Shown here: piece by piece, positions 17,785 to 27,026 of the stretch
How positions within the stretch are numbered: the stretch's first letter is position 1
Layout: each line of letters starts with the position of its first letter
Source: Pseudobdellovibrionaceae bacterium
GTDB lineage: Bacteria > Bdellovibrionota > Bdellovibrionia > Bdellovibrionales > Bdellovibrionaceae
Assembly: GCA_039810425.1 (NCBI GenBank)
Contig: JBDHWW010000003.1
Span: 32,001 to 96,000, forward strand
DNA: 64,000 nt
Direction: 5' to 3'
Notes under the pieces: generated by a model
Told to the model about the DNA's origin: nothing
The model's database searches: none
Seen by the model: only the letters and a program-made list of their open reading frames with translations
Program-made: the position numbers and the translations under genes

Positions 17785-19626
17785 TTACATCTCTTTGTCA
17801 GAGCCATGTGAGCGGGCCTTGCGAGCTTCATCCACCGCCTTTTCAGCAAGCGGCGTGAGTTTCACGCCGACTTCTGTCAGTTGATCGCGATTTACTTCGC
17901 TCGGGCAATCGGCCATAAGATCCGTTGCTTTTGCTGTCTTAGGAAATGCGATCACTTCTCGGATCGCATCTGTTTCGCAGAGGAGCATCACCAAGCGATC
18001 CAAACCCCATGCGATACCACCATGCGGGGGAGTTCCATACTTCAAAGCTTCGAGGAAGAAACCGAACTTGTGTTCTTGCTCTTCTTTGCTCAAACCCAAG
18101 AGACGGAACATCGCCTGCTGCAATTCGCTGCGATAAATACGGATACTTCCGCCACCCATCTCGTAACCATTACAAACAAGATCATAAGCTTTCGCGAGCA
18201 TTTTACCGTAAGAAGCCTCGTTGCCCTCAATTAAATCCTGGGCGAATTCATCTTTTGGCGAAGTGAATGGATGGTGACGAGCGACCCAACGCTTATCATC
18301 CGGAGAGTATTCAAACGCCGGGAAGTCCACAACCCACAAGAATTTGTAAGTGCCAGGGCTTACAAGCTTCAGCTCTTTACCGAAGTGGATGCGAAGACTG
18401 GACAATGCCGCACAGGCCGTATCGAAATCATCCGCCACGATCAAAGCGCAGTCGCCATTTCCAGCGCCAACAGCCGTAAACATCTCGCCGAGCTTTTCCG
18501 GGCTAAAGAATTTAGAAACCGGAGAGGAATAAGTGCCGTCTGCTTCAGACTTGATCCACACCAGGCCTTTAGCGCCCGCGCGTTTTGCCATGTCCGTGAG
18601 TTTGTCAAATTGACCACGAGAGTAATCGCCGCCCTTAGGAACCGCAATACCACGAACGATTCCGCCGCGAGCAAGAACATCGTCAAACACTTTAAAACCC
18701 GAACCCGTGACAACGGATTTCAAATCTTTGATCTCCATGCCGTAACGCGTATCAGGCTTATCGATGCCATAACGATCCATTGCCTCTTGGTAGGTCATAC
18801 GTGGGATGTCGCCAACGTCGATGCCTTTGATCTCTTTCCAAACCGTGCGCAGCAAGCGCTCATTCATCGCCATGATATCCTCTTGGTCTATGAATGACAT
18901 TTCCATATCGATTTGCGAAAACTCCGGTTGGCGATCAGCACGCAAGTCTTCGTCCCGGAAGCAACGTGCGATTTGGAAGTAACGATCGTAGCCTGAAATC
19001 ATCAAGAGCTGCTTCAACGTCTGCGGAGACTGCGGAAGCGCGTAGAAAGTCCCTTGGTTCACACGCGAAGGAACAAGGTAATCCCGAGCCCCTTCCGGAG
19101 TGGATTTGTAAAGGATCGGAGTTTCTACTTCAAGAAAGCCATTGTCTGATAAGAAACGGCGAACGACTTGAGTTACTTTGTGGCGAGCGACGAGGTGATT
19201 CGTCAAACGCGGAGAGCGCAAATCAAGATAACGATATTTTAAGCGCAACATCTCGTTCACGTTCTCATCATCCACTTGGAATGGAGGAACCGCGGAGTCA
19301 TTCAAAATCTCGCAACGAGCCGCTTCGATTTCGATCCCACCCGTTTTGATTTTTGCGTTCTTCATGCCGTCGGGGCGTGCACGCACCGTCCCTTCGACAG
19401 CAAGAACGAATTCGCCACGTAAATTTTTTGCTGCGGAAGTTTCGGCTCTGTTTGGATCCAGCACCACTTGCACGATGCCTTCACGGTCGCGCAAATCGAT
19501 GAACACGAGGCTCCCGTGATCACGGCGAGTATCTACCCAGCCCATGATAACGACTTTTTTACCGACGTGTTGAGAGTTTAAGTTTCCGCAATATTCTGTT
19601 CTTTTGAGATCTTTGACGAATTTCAT
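17785..19626 (-). CDS. aspS: Aspartate--tRNA ligase (probably the non-discriminating Asp/Asn type)
   Basis: [35 protein letters not shown] and [12 protein letters not shown] motifs. Start set at MKFVKDL (19626). Confidence 0.97.
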   Translation of the reverse strand: MKFVKDLKRTEYCGNLNSQHVGKKVVIMGWVDTRRDHGSLVFIDLRDREGIVQVVLDPNRAETSAAKNLRGEFVLAVEGTVRARPDGMKNAKIKTGGIEIEAARCEILNDSAVPPFQVDDENVNEMLRLKYRYLDLRSPRLTNHLVARHKVTQVVRRFLSDNGFLEVETPILYKSTPEGARDYLVPSRVNQGTFYALPQSPQTLKQLLMISGYDRYFQIARCFRDEDLRADRQPEFSQIDMEMSFIDQEDIMAMNERLLRTVWKEIKGIDVGDIPRMTYQEAMDRYGIDKPDTRYGMEIKDLKSVVTGSGFKVFDDVLARGGIVRGIAVPKGGDYSRGQFDKLTDMAKRAGAKGLVWIKSEADGTYSSPVSKFFSPEKLGEMFTAVGAGNGDCALIVADDFDTACAALSSLRIHFGKELKLVSPGTYKFLWVVDFPAFEYSPDDKRWVARHHPFTSPKDEFAQDLIEGNEASYGKMLAKAYDLVCNGYEMGGGSIRIYRSELQQAMFRLLGLSKEEQEHKFGFFLEALKYGTPPHGGIAWGLDRLVMLLCETDAIREVIAFPKTAKATDLMADCPSEVNRDQLTEVGVKLTPLAEKAVDEARKARSHGSDKEM

Positions 19627-19702
19627 AGTGTTATGAGTCTGACACGTTGTCTTATTGCAGTCAAAAACCAAGTCAGGTAAATTGTCTAGACTGGAGTCAA
19701 CA

Positions 19703-20005
19703 ATGCCAAAATTTACGATCGAGCATAACAGCTCACACAGTGCGAAAGAGACCTTCGACAAAATCAAATCCTTTACCAATGACGAAGATCTACGACGCTT
19801 CGATCCTAAGATGCAGTGTCAATTCAATGATGGCGCGATGAATGGTTCCATTAAGGGCAGCCAGTTTAAGGCGGAACTGAATGTGCTAGCACAAGGAACA
19901 GGGAGTAAAATTGAGATCGTTGTCGATCTCCCTATGCTTTTGGCCCCGTTTAAGGGTAAAGTCCAGGAAACTCTCCAGAAGAAATTGTCTAAATATCTGG
20001 CATAA
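19703..20005 (+). CDS. Polyhydroxyalkanoic acid system family protein (PHA_gran_rgn-like)
   Basis: 100 aa after a [15 protein letters not shown]... and [21 protein letters not shown] pattern. Confidence 0.65.
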   Translation: MPKFTIEHNSSHSAKETFDKIKSFTNDEDLRRFDPKMQCQFNDGAMNGSIKGSQFKAELNVLAQGTGSKIEIVVDLPMLLAPFKGKVQETLQKKLSKYLA

Positions 20006-20015
20006 TTGAAAACCT

Positions 20016-21143
20016 ATGAAAAAGAAAGTGGCGGCCAAAAAGCCGAAGGAAAAAGCAAGCTCGGCCAAGAAGCCTGGAACTAAACCTGTTACTCAGCCTG
20101 TTGCGAAGAAAGCAACTTTGGCGAAAAAACCGGTCAAAGCCAAAGCCGTCGTCGCAGAAATTGTGGACGATACCGGCACGCTTGCGCCTGAAGAAGCTGC
20201 CCCCGAGATCGGCAAGGCCTATGCAATACCCAACGAACGCGACATCGAGGAAGAGTTTGGCCTCAATGACGGGCCGACAAAAGGCTTGGTTCCTGCGGCA
20301 GATTCTAAGGCGATCACCTCAACTTCAGATCCGCTGGCGATTTACCTCGCCGATGTCCGCAAGTATCCGGTTCTGAGTAAAGAAGAAGAGCAAAAAATCG
20401 CTAAGAAATACTTCGAAACCAAAGATCCTGAAGCGGCACAGATTCTAGTGAAATCAAATCTTCGTTTTGTCGTGAAAGTTGCCGCTGAATATTCCAAATT
20501 CGGCGCAAAGATGATCGATCTTATTCAAGAAGGCAATGTGGGCCTGATGCACGCCGTGCGCGAATTCAATCCATACAAAGGCGCGCGTTTGATCACCTAC
20601 GCTGTTTGGTGGATTCGTGGTTACATTCAGGAATACTTGATGCGCCAATATTCGATGGTTCGTATCGGCACGACTCAAAACCAGCGAAAACTTTTCTATC
20701 AATTGCAGAAGGAAAAAGACGCACTCGATGCCATGGGGCAGTCCCCAGACATCGCGCTCTTAAGTTCTCGTCTCGGTATTCCTGAAGACGAAGTAGCGCA
20801 AATGGCGCAGCGGATGTCAGGCCGTGATGTGAGTCTTGACCGCCCCCTGGACGATGATTCTGGCGGCACGCTGATGGATTTTCAAAAATCCACGGCTGAC
20901 ATGAGTGTTGATGAGCGTATCGCGCACGAGGAAGAACTAGAGATCTTAAAAAAGAAACTCGAAGAAATCCGTCCCGAACTTTCTGAGCGCGAAAAAATTA
21001 TTCTTGATGAGCGCATTCTCAATGATGATCCGCTGACTCTGCAGGAAATCGGCGAAAAGCACGGTATCACTCGTGAAGCCGTCCGCCAAATGGAAGTCCG
21101 TGTGATGAAAAAAATCAAAGCCAAGATGGAAGAGCTGAAATAG
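20016..21143 (+). CDS. rpoH: RNA polymerase sigma factor, RpoH (sigma32) type, with a Lys/Ala-rich N-terminal extension
   Basis: SNLRFVVKVA, DLIQEGNVGLM, YAVWWIR, RpoH box QRKLFYQL, region 4 TLQEIG..ITREAVRQ. Confidence 0.88.
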   Translation: MKKKVAAKKPKEKASSAKKPGTKPVTQPVAKKATLAKKPVKAKAVVAEIVDDTGTLAPEEAAPEIGKAYAIPNERDIEEEFGLNDGPTKGLVPAADSKAITSTSDPLAIYLADVRKYPVLSKEEEQKIAKKYFETKDPEAAQILVKSNLRFVVKVAAEYSKFGAKMIDLIQEGNVGLMHAVREFNPYKGARLITYAVWWIRGYIQEYLMRQYSMVRIGTTQNQRKLFYQLQKEKDALDAMGQSPDIALLSSRLGIPEDEVAQMAQRMSGRDVSLDRPLDDDSGGTLMDFQKSTADMSVDERIAHEEELEILKKKLEEIRPELSEREKIILDERILNDDPLTLQEIGEKHGITREAVRQMEVRVMKKIKAKMEELK

Positions 21144-21168
21144 CTCCTCCAGAGCTTGGACATAGCGG

Positions 21169-21906
21169 TTAATTACAAGGTCCTACGGAACCAGAAACAT
21201 TACTATAGTTCAAAACCTTCGCCCCACCGTGCAAACAAATGCCACCAGCGTTGTTGCGAACCATTTTGATCACACCCCCATAAACGTGGATGACCCCGGC
21301 TGTATTCGAGATCTCGTCAATCTCTGCCGCGATGATTTTTGTACCACCGGCCGTGCCCGAGACTGTACCGATCTTCATGGCATGGATGCAAACTTTGCCG
21401 GCCAAATTTGAGACCGATGAAATCTCGTTGGCATTCGCTTGAACCCCGCCTGAGGCACCACTGATTCGCACAATCTTATCGGCAGCCCCGATCAGGATGT
21501 GGCCAGCAACCCCTTGTAAATCGACATTCTAGGCAAGATCAATATTAAGAGCACCCGCGTGACCCTTGAGAACCACATCTTGCGCGGAGCTTGGAATAGT
21601 CATAGGGATTTGCACACCGTTAAAGACGGAGCAGGCTCCAGAGTACGCAATGTTCGGATTATCCAAGCTCTCCTCCGAAGCAGATGGATTTCCACTACCA
21701 GAATTGTGATCGAACATTTGACCGCGGGCATTTTCATCTGTAAACGAAGTACCGTCTTGGAGCGGTTCCATTCCCGCCTCCCCAGCCTTTAAAGATGTCG
21801 CCCCAGCAACCGCAGTGAAGTTTGTTTTACCGCAGTTTTGAAATCCGATGATCAATAGCGTAAGAAGAGTACCGAACACAATTCTTTGTGGTTTTCTGAT
21901 GTACAT
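21169..21906 (-). pseudogene. Beta-solenoid repeat lipoprotein gene interrupted by one in-frame TAG (21529-21531)
   Basis: ORFs 21529-21906 and 21169-21471 are in the same frame. The gap reads *NVDLQGVAGHILIGAADKI with no other stop. FQNC lipobox-like motif; xxAG repeats on both sides of the stop. Confidence 0.8.
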
Positions 21907-21934
21907 TGTTTCCCCCGAGATAACTCCTTACTAA

Positions 21935-21950
21935 AGCAAGATAGCTGCCA
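21935..21950 (-). promoter_or_regulatory. Sigma54 promoter for the 21906 gene
   Basis: TGGCAGCTATCTTGCT = TGGCA..TTGC, GG-N10-GC. Confidence 0.7.
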
Positions 21951-22070
21951 AATATAAGCGGCCGTAATGAAGATAGGAGGGCCCTGGCTGCTCGGCTCTG
22001 CCAATTCCGTTTCCATCGTTTAAAAGATTTAAACAAAATCAAGGATTCACAATTGCATGAGTTCTCTGTT

Positions 22071-22925
22071 ATGTCCTATTTGGCTCGCATTACCCTATTC
22101 ATAGCGATTATAACTTCCCTTGGGACCGGATCGGCTTCTGCGGCCAATGCCTTTTTGGGGAATCTGTACAATGATTCGACACTCTCCTTTGGTAAACCGG
22201 TGCCAACATCCCCGTTGCCCCCGGACAAAATACGATTGTTCGTTTGGAATATTCATAAGGCTGAAGATCCAAGGCTTTCCCAAGACTTCGCTGACCTGAC
22301 TTTCGGTGCCGACCTCGCTCTTTTTCAAGAGGCCGTCAGCAGCCCTGGTTTTGTCCAGAGCTTAGTCGCCGCCAACACAGATTTCGAATGGACGATAGCC
22401 AAGTCTTTTCAGCTTTTTGATTTTAGCTTTACCGGTGTTGCCACCGCGTACCGCGTGAAACCCGTGGGTGAGACCGTGATTGTCTCTAAGGTGACAGAGC
22501 CCGTGACTGAAACGCCGAAGACGATCTTGCTTTCTCAGTTTTTAATCACCGGCAACTACGAGACACTTTTAGTCGCGAACGTACACGGCATTAACTTCGT
22601 TGGTCTTGAAGCTTATAAAACTCAAATGAATCAACTCGTGGAAAAGCTGCGCCAGCATAAGGGCCCCATGATCGTCGCCGGCGACTTTAATACTTGGGCT
22701 CCAGCACGCCTCGACTATATTAAAAGTCTCTTTGAGCCGCTCGGCTTAGTCCAAGTGAATACACCCGTCGCGGGAATGCTGGATTTAGATCACATTTTCC
22801 TGCGCGGCATGACAGCGAATTTCATTTTCGATTTTTCATATATTGATTCTTCTGACCATGCCCCCCTGATGGTTGATTTAATTTTTGAAAACAGCAAGGT
22901 GATGATGTATGAAGAACACAAGTAA
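22071..22925 (+). CDS. Exported endonuclease/exonuclease/phosphatase (EEP) family protein
   Basis: WNIHK, LFQE, NVH, AGDFN, LDHIF and SDH motifs; signal peptide. Confidence 0.9.
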   Translation: MSYLARITLFIAIITSLGTGSASAANAFLGNLYNDSTLSFGKPVPTSPLPPDKIRLFVWNIHKAEDPRLSQDFADLTFGADLALFQEAVSSPGFVQSLVAANTDFEWTIAKSFQLFDFSFTGVATAYRVKPVGETVIVSKVTEPVTETPKTILLSQFLITGNYETLLVANVHGINFVGLEAYKTQMNQLVEKLRQHKGPMIVAGDFNTWAPARLDYIKSLFEPLGLVQVNTPVAGMLDLDHIFLRGMTANFIFDFSYIDSSDHAPLMVDLIFENSKVMMYEEHK

Positions 22926-23967
22926 GAATCTTTTCGTACTGGCTGGTTTCGCTGTGGCCCTGAATGCCTGCGATATGAAACGCAATCTCGATGAGATGCA
23001 CGACCAAACCGCCGAGATGAATAGAACCACCCAGCAGATGAACGAAACAACAGGTGATATGAACAAACGCACCGAAGGCCTTGAGAACGCCACTGGTGAG
23101 CTCTACGATGCTCTTCGCCAGGGTGATACTTTGGCTGCCCGCCGCTCCGCTTTGGATAATATGCTGAAAGCAGAAGAGCCCGCGCGCAAGCTCTCGGAGG
23201 CAGCTAAATACTTCATGTCTTTTGAATTCCAGTTCTGGACAAATGCCCACGAAGATAAAGGTGAAGCAAAACGTATCGACCTTGCGACACTCGCCGCCCG
23301 CGAGTTTTTTAAAGATGTTTATCAGTTCATTCCGAACGGCGTAATGAAGACAGATCCGTTCGCCTATCAAATTATCTCTACGGATAAAGGCAATCTCATT
23401 GCTTGTTTGAATGCTCTGGCGGTAACAGCCCATTACTTGAATCCAAAGCAGGAAAAGCGCCTTAAAGAAAATCCTTCGCTGAAATCGATGTCAATGTACA
23501 AGATGATCGAGGAGTCCTTGCTTGCAAAAGCGCCGATTGAATCCGGTGAGAAAAAGATTTCTGACTATCCTGGTTATGTGTTCGAGATTCTTTCTAACGA
23601 GCCCGCGGCAGTTTATTTGATGCAAGCCCGGTACAACTACCTCAGCGTCTTGTTCCTGGGCCGGGCCACTCCGATAGCTCACAGCAAATGGGCTGGCGTT
23701 AAATTCTTTGCAAGAAAGTGGACGCTGGATTTGAATAAATTCAACGCGGCTCAAATCGAAGAGTTCAATATGTTTCTGGAAGGGGCTTTGAAAACCAAGA
23801 AGATCCTTCAACAAATCGGTGTAAAGCCAGAAATGGATTTTATGGCGCAGAGAATGATTAACAACATGACTCTAGTGGATATCACCCAGAACCCTAAGAT
23901 AACGGCCGAGAAAGCATCAAACTTCCGCGAAATCGCCGCCCGCTTGACCGAATTAATGAAATACTAA
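22909..23967 (+). CDS. Hypothetical lipoprotein with heptad (MNxxT) coiled-coil repeats
   Basis: Lipobox LNA|C; heptads MHDQTAE MNRTTQQ MNETTGD MNKRTEG LENATGE. Confidence 0.75.
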   Translation: MKNTSKNLFVLAGFAVALNACDMKRNLDEMHDQTAEMNRTTQQMNETTGDMNKRTEGLENATGELYDALRQGDTLAARRSALDNMLKAEEPARKLSEAAKYFMSFEFQFWTNAHEDKGEAKRIDLATLAAREFFKDVYQFIPNGVMKTDPFAYQIISTDKGNLIACLNALAVTAHYLNPKQEKRLKENPSLKSMSMYKMIEESLLAKAPIESGEKKISDYPGYVFEILSNEPAAVYLMQARYNYLSVLFLGRATPIAHSKWAGVKFFARKWTLDLNKFNAAQIEEFNMFLEGALKTKKILQQIGVKPEMDFMAQRMINNMTLVDITQNPKITAEKASNFREIAARLTELMKY

Positions 23968-23985
23968 GCGAAAGCGGGGCGCCGA

Positions 23986-24771
23986 TTAAGCAACCTCAAG
24001 TTCACCCACGCCAATGCTTTGCTGCAACTTCACGCGAAGCCTTGCCACCGCTTGGGCGTGGAGTTGAGAGACGCGGCTCTCTGTTACGCGCAGAACCTGA
24101 CCGATCTCTTTTAAATTCAGATCTTCAAAGTAATACAAAGAAAGCACCAAGCGCTGACGCTCCGGTAGTTCCTCGATGGCCTGCGCCACGACTTCTTTGA
24201 TGGATTTGATATTGAGCTGATTGAACGGATTGTTCAATTTTGAACCTTCCAAAAGGTTTAAGATCGACTTGTGGTCGTCGTTACTGAAGGATTGGCTGTT
24301 ATCAATGGAAAGCAGGCTCACCGGACGAACTTGGTTCACGAGATCATGAAACTCATCGACCGTGATATTGAGAGCTTTAGAAACTTCCTCATCTGTCGGC
24401 GCACGGCCGAGTTCATTTTCAAGATTTGCCATTGTCTTATCGAGAAGTTTTGCTTTATCACGAATAGAACGTGGCACCCAGTCTTGGGCGCGGAGTTCAT
24501 CGAGGATCGCGCCGCGGATGCGGAACTCGGCATAAGTTTTAAATTTATTGTCGCGAGTCGGATCGTATTTATCGATGGCGTCCATTAAACCGATCACACC
24601 TGCAGAGATCAAATCATCCAGTTCAATATTAGAAGGGAGGCGCACGGCGATCTTTTGTGCGACGAACTTAATCAGCGGAGCGTATTCCTTAATCAACTCA
24701 TCCTTTTGTTTCTGGGTGAGTTTCTTAGGCTCTTCTTTGTATTTTTTCAGCAATGCCACGTTTTTCGCCAT
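23986..24771 (-). CDS. fliA: Flagellar sigma factor sigma28 (FliA/WhiG)
   Basis: DDLISAGVIGL, FRIRGAILDELR..DWVPRS and VTESRVSQLH motifs; last gene of the flagellar operon. Confidence 0.96.
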   Translation of the reverse strand: MAKNVALLKKYKEEPKKLTQKQKDELIKEYAPLIKFVAQKIAVRLPSNIELDDLISAGVIGLMDAIDKYDPTRDNKFKTYAEFRIRGAILDELRAQDWVPRSIRDKAKLLDKTMANLENELGRAPTDEEVSKALNITVDEFHDLVNQVRPVSLLSIDNSQSFSNDDHKSILNLLEGSKLNNPFNQLNIKSIKEVVAQAIEELPERQRLVLSLYYFEDLNLKEIGQVLRVTESRVSQLHAQAVARLRVKLQQSIGVGELEVA

Positions 24772-24831
24772 ACGTTCCCTCTGTAATTCCATGTTAGCAA
24801 ACGGATACCAGTTCTAAAAAGTCCAATTCCC

Positions 24832-25662
24832 TTAAGCTACACCGACGACCTGCTCCCAGAACATCTGGAGCCCGCCCTTAGTAAGGGTTTTCTGGCTAGA
24901 ATTCTCGATTTGCGAACAGAGATTCTTGATAGCTTTTGCGGACTCTGCGGTCGTATCATGTCTCATGATGAGACGATTGAGCTGCGTCGCCTTTCGAAGT
25001 ACGGGGTCCATAGGTACCGAACCCCAGTAATCAAGACCAATGCAGAGGAACTTGTTCACAACATCGTTGAAGCGTTGATAGAGGCCCGCGCCTTCAGCTT
25101 CGTCGCGAACATTGTTGCAGATAATTGAAAACTTATTTTCTTTGTACTTCTGATGAAGAACCTTAATCAGCGCATAGGAATCCGCGAGGCTTGCTGGATC
25201 CGGAGTGATGACAACCGAGATCGTTTGCGCGGCCGCATTCAGATATAAAACATTGTCCGCAATTCCCGGCGCGGTATCAATCAGCAAGTAATCAAAATCC
25301 TGTGGCAAAGTGCTCACCGCTTCGATCATCGTGCGCCGTTGAAAGCTATTGAGATTGTTAAACTCCAAGATACCGCTGCCGCCAGGAATCAAGAACACAT
25401 CTTTTGCCACCTCAATGAGGATTTCTTCAACAGTCTTATCACCCATAATAACATCATGGATATTTCCGCCGGCCTTGACGCCGTAGAGGATATCCACGTT
25501 TGCCATCCCCAAATCGCCGTCAAAGATCAAGACTTTGTTTCCCGTCTGTGATAATCGCAGTGCCAGGTTCGAAGTCAGAGTGGTTTTACCCACGCCGCCT
25601 TTGCCCGAGGTGATACTGATTGTACGTGTTCCATCGCTTTGGAAGAGTCCGTTGTATTTCAT
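24832..25662 (-). CDS. flhG: MinD-like flagellar number regulator FlhG/FleN
   Basis: SGKGGVGKT, DGDLGMAN and DSYALIK motifs; lies between flhF and fliA. Confidence 0.93.
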   Translation of the reverse strand: MKYNGLFQSDGTRTISITSGKGGVGKTTLTSNLALRLSQTGNKVLIFDGDLGMANVDILYGVKAGGNIHDVIMGDKTVEEILIEVAKDVFLIPGGSGILEFNNLNSFQRRTMIEAVSTLPQDFDYLLIDTAPGIADNVLYLNAAAQTISVVITPDPASLADSYALIKVLHQKYKENKFSIICNNVRDEAEGAGLYQRFNDVVNKFLCIGLDYWGSVPMDPVLRKATQLNRLIMRHDTTAESAKAIKNLCSQIENSSQKTLTKGGLQMFWEQVVGVA

Positions 25663-27026
25663 AGTGTCTGCTGTTCCTGTCTATTCGCTTGAGTGATTTT
25701 GAAAAGAAGGTCAAGTACGCGCTCTTTCGTCGCAAACTCGAAGTCTTCAGGGACGCGTGTACCGATACCAAAGGAGTGCAATGGCACGTCAAAGCGCTTC
25801 ATAAAGTTATAGATAGTCCCGTGCTGTACGGACTCATCAAGGCCGGTAAAGATCACGTCATGGTAGTCTAGTACTGAGTAACGACGGCCGAGCTCCGTCA
25901 CGTCTTGGTCTTTCGCCAATGTCGACAGCACCAAGTGCACGCGGGCCTTTAAAGTCGCCGGCGGCATCAAGCGCTTCAAGTTCATGCCTTCTTCAGCATT
26001 GCGCAGGCTCAATCCCGGATAGTCGACAAGAATATAGTCCACGCTATTCATGTAATTCATAATGTGGTACCAGTCGCTGGCATTGCGGATCACACTGAAC
26101 GGCACATTCAGGATCTGCGCATAAATACGCATCTGATCCGCCGCCCCCACCTTAAAAGTATCAGCGGAAAGAATCGCTACTTTTTTGTTTTCGCGAACCA
26201 CCAAATGGCTTGCCATCTTCACAAGGGCCGTTGTCTTACCAGAACCTGCAGCACCGACAAAAATGTGCACCTTGGCCTGCTTGCTTTCTTCCGGCGTACA
26301 AACCTTTGTTGTTTCAAGAATCTTTCTTGCAACCCAGCCTTCAACCAAAGCGCGGTTTTTAAGTTTTAATGACGGAAGGTCCTTTTGGGCGTGACTGCAA
26401 ATATCAGCCGAAATTTCAGGTGCGACACCCGCAGTCACGAGCTTTTCAAACACGAAGCTCAAATCATAAGGTAAACCGAATTCTGAACCCGGATGGCCTT
26501 GCACAAAATTCTGTGGAATGTTTTGGAACTGAGCCAAAACCTGCTTCAAATTAGCGATCTCCGTTTTCAAAGATTGCATTTCCAGCGACTCTACTTGCTT
26601 TGCCGTGGGTGTTGGCATGATGGGCATGACCACCGGAGCCGCCATAGAACCATAGCGGTTATCCTGCTGCTTCTGAACCTGCTCTTCATCGATATCAATG
26701 TACCGTTGTGAAGTAATAGGGCGTGGCAATTTGCTTCTTTCAAGATGCTTGTTGACCATCTTTTCGATCAGCTCTTTCTGCTGGCGAGCCGTACTTTGGC
26801 TGAATTTCGTACGCTCTTGCTCACGCAAACGGCCTTCTGCGAAACGCTTTTTTTGCAAAGTCTCTTCCGAAACCGCCGCTGTGATTTCGACACTACCGTC
26901 ACCCACGAGGCCGTAGCTCTTGTTATTATCCCGTGCAGAAAGAATGATCGCATCGGGACCAAGCTCTGCTTTGACCATCTCGAGGGCTTCCTTCATCGTG
27001 CGGGCTTCAAATTTCTTAACCTGCAT
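25659..27026 (-). CDS. flhF: Flagellar biosynthesis SRP-type GTPase FlhF
   Basis: MQVKKFEARTMKEAL..LGPDAIILS N-terminus, GSGKTT, GTRVPEDF. Confidence 0.93.
   Translation of the reverse strand: MQVKKFEARTMKEALEMVKAELGPDAIILSARDNNKSYGLVGDGSVEITAAVSEETLQKKRFAEGRLREQERTKFSQSTARQQKELIEKMVNKHLERSKLPRPITSQRYIDIDEEQVQKQQDNRYGSMAAPVVMPIMPTPTAKQVESLEMQSLKTEIANLKQVLAQFQNIPQNFVQGHPGSEFGLPYDLSFVFEKLVTAGVAPEISADICSHAQKDLPSLKLKNRALVEGWVARKILETTKVCTPEESKQAKVHIFVGAAGSGKTTALVKMASHLVVRENKKVAILSADTFKVGAADQMRIYAQILNVPFSVIRNASDWYHIMNYMNSVDYILVDYPGLSLRNAEEGMNLKRLMPPATLKARVHLVLSTLAKDQDVTELGRRYSVLDYHDVIFTGLDESVQHGTIYNFMKRFDVPLHSFGIGTRVPEDFEFATKERVLDLLFKITQANRQEQQTL

Noticed and set aside
21529..21531. Pyrrolysine or recoded-TAG readthrough
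   Set aside because: TAG is an ordinary stop in conserved genes here (e.g. 646-648, 21141-21143). No pyl genes are visible, and the radical SAM gene at 48054 is KamA-type, not PylB. A CAG>TAG change explains the stop.
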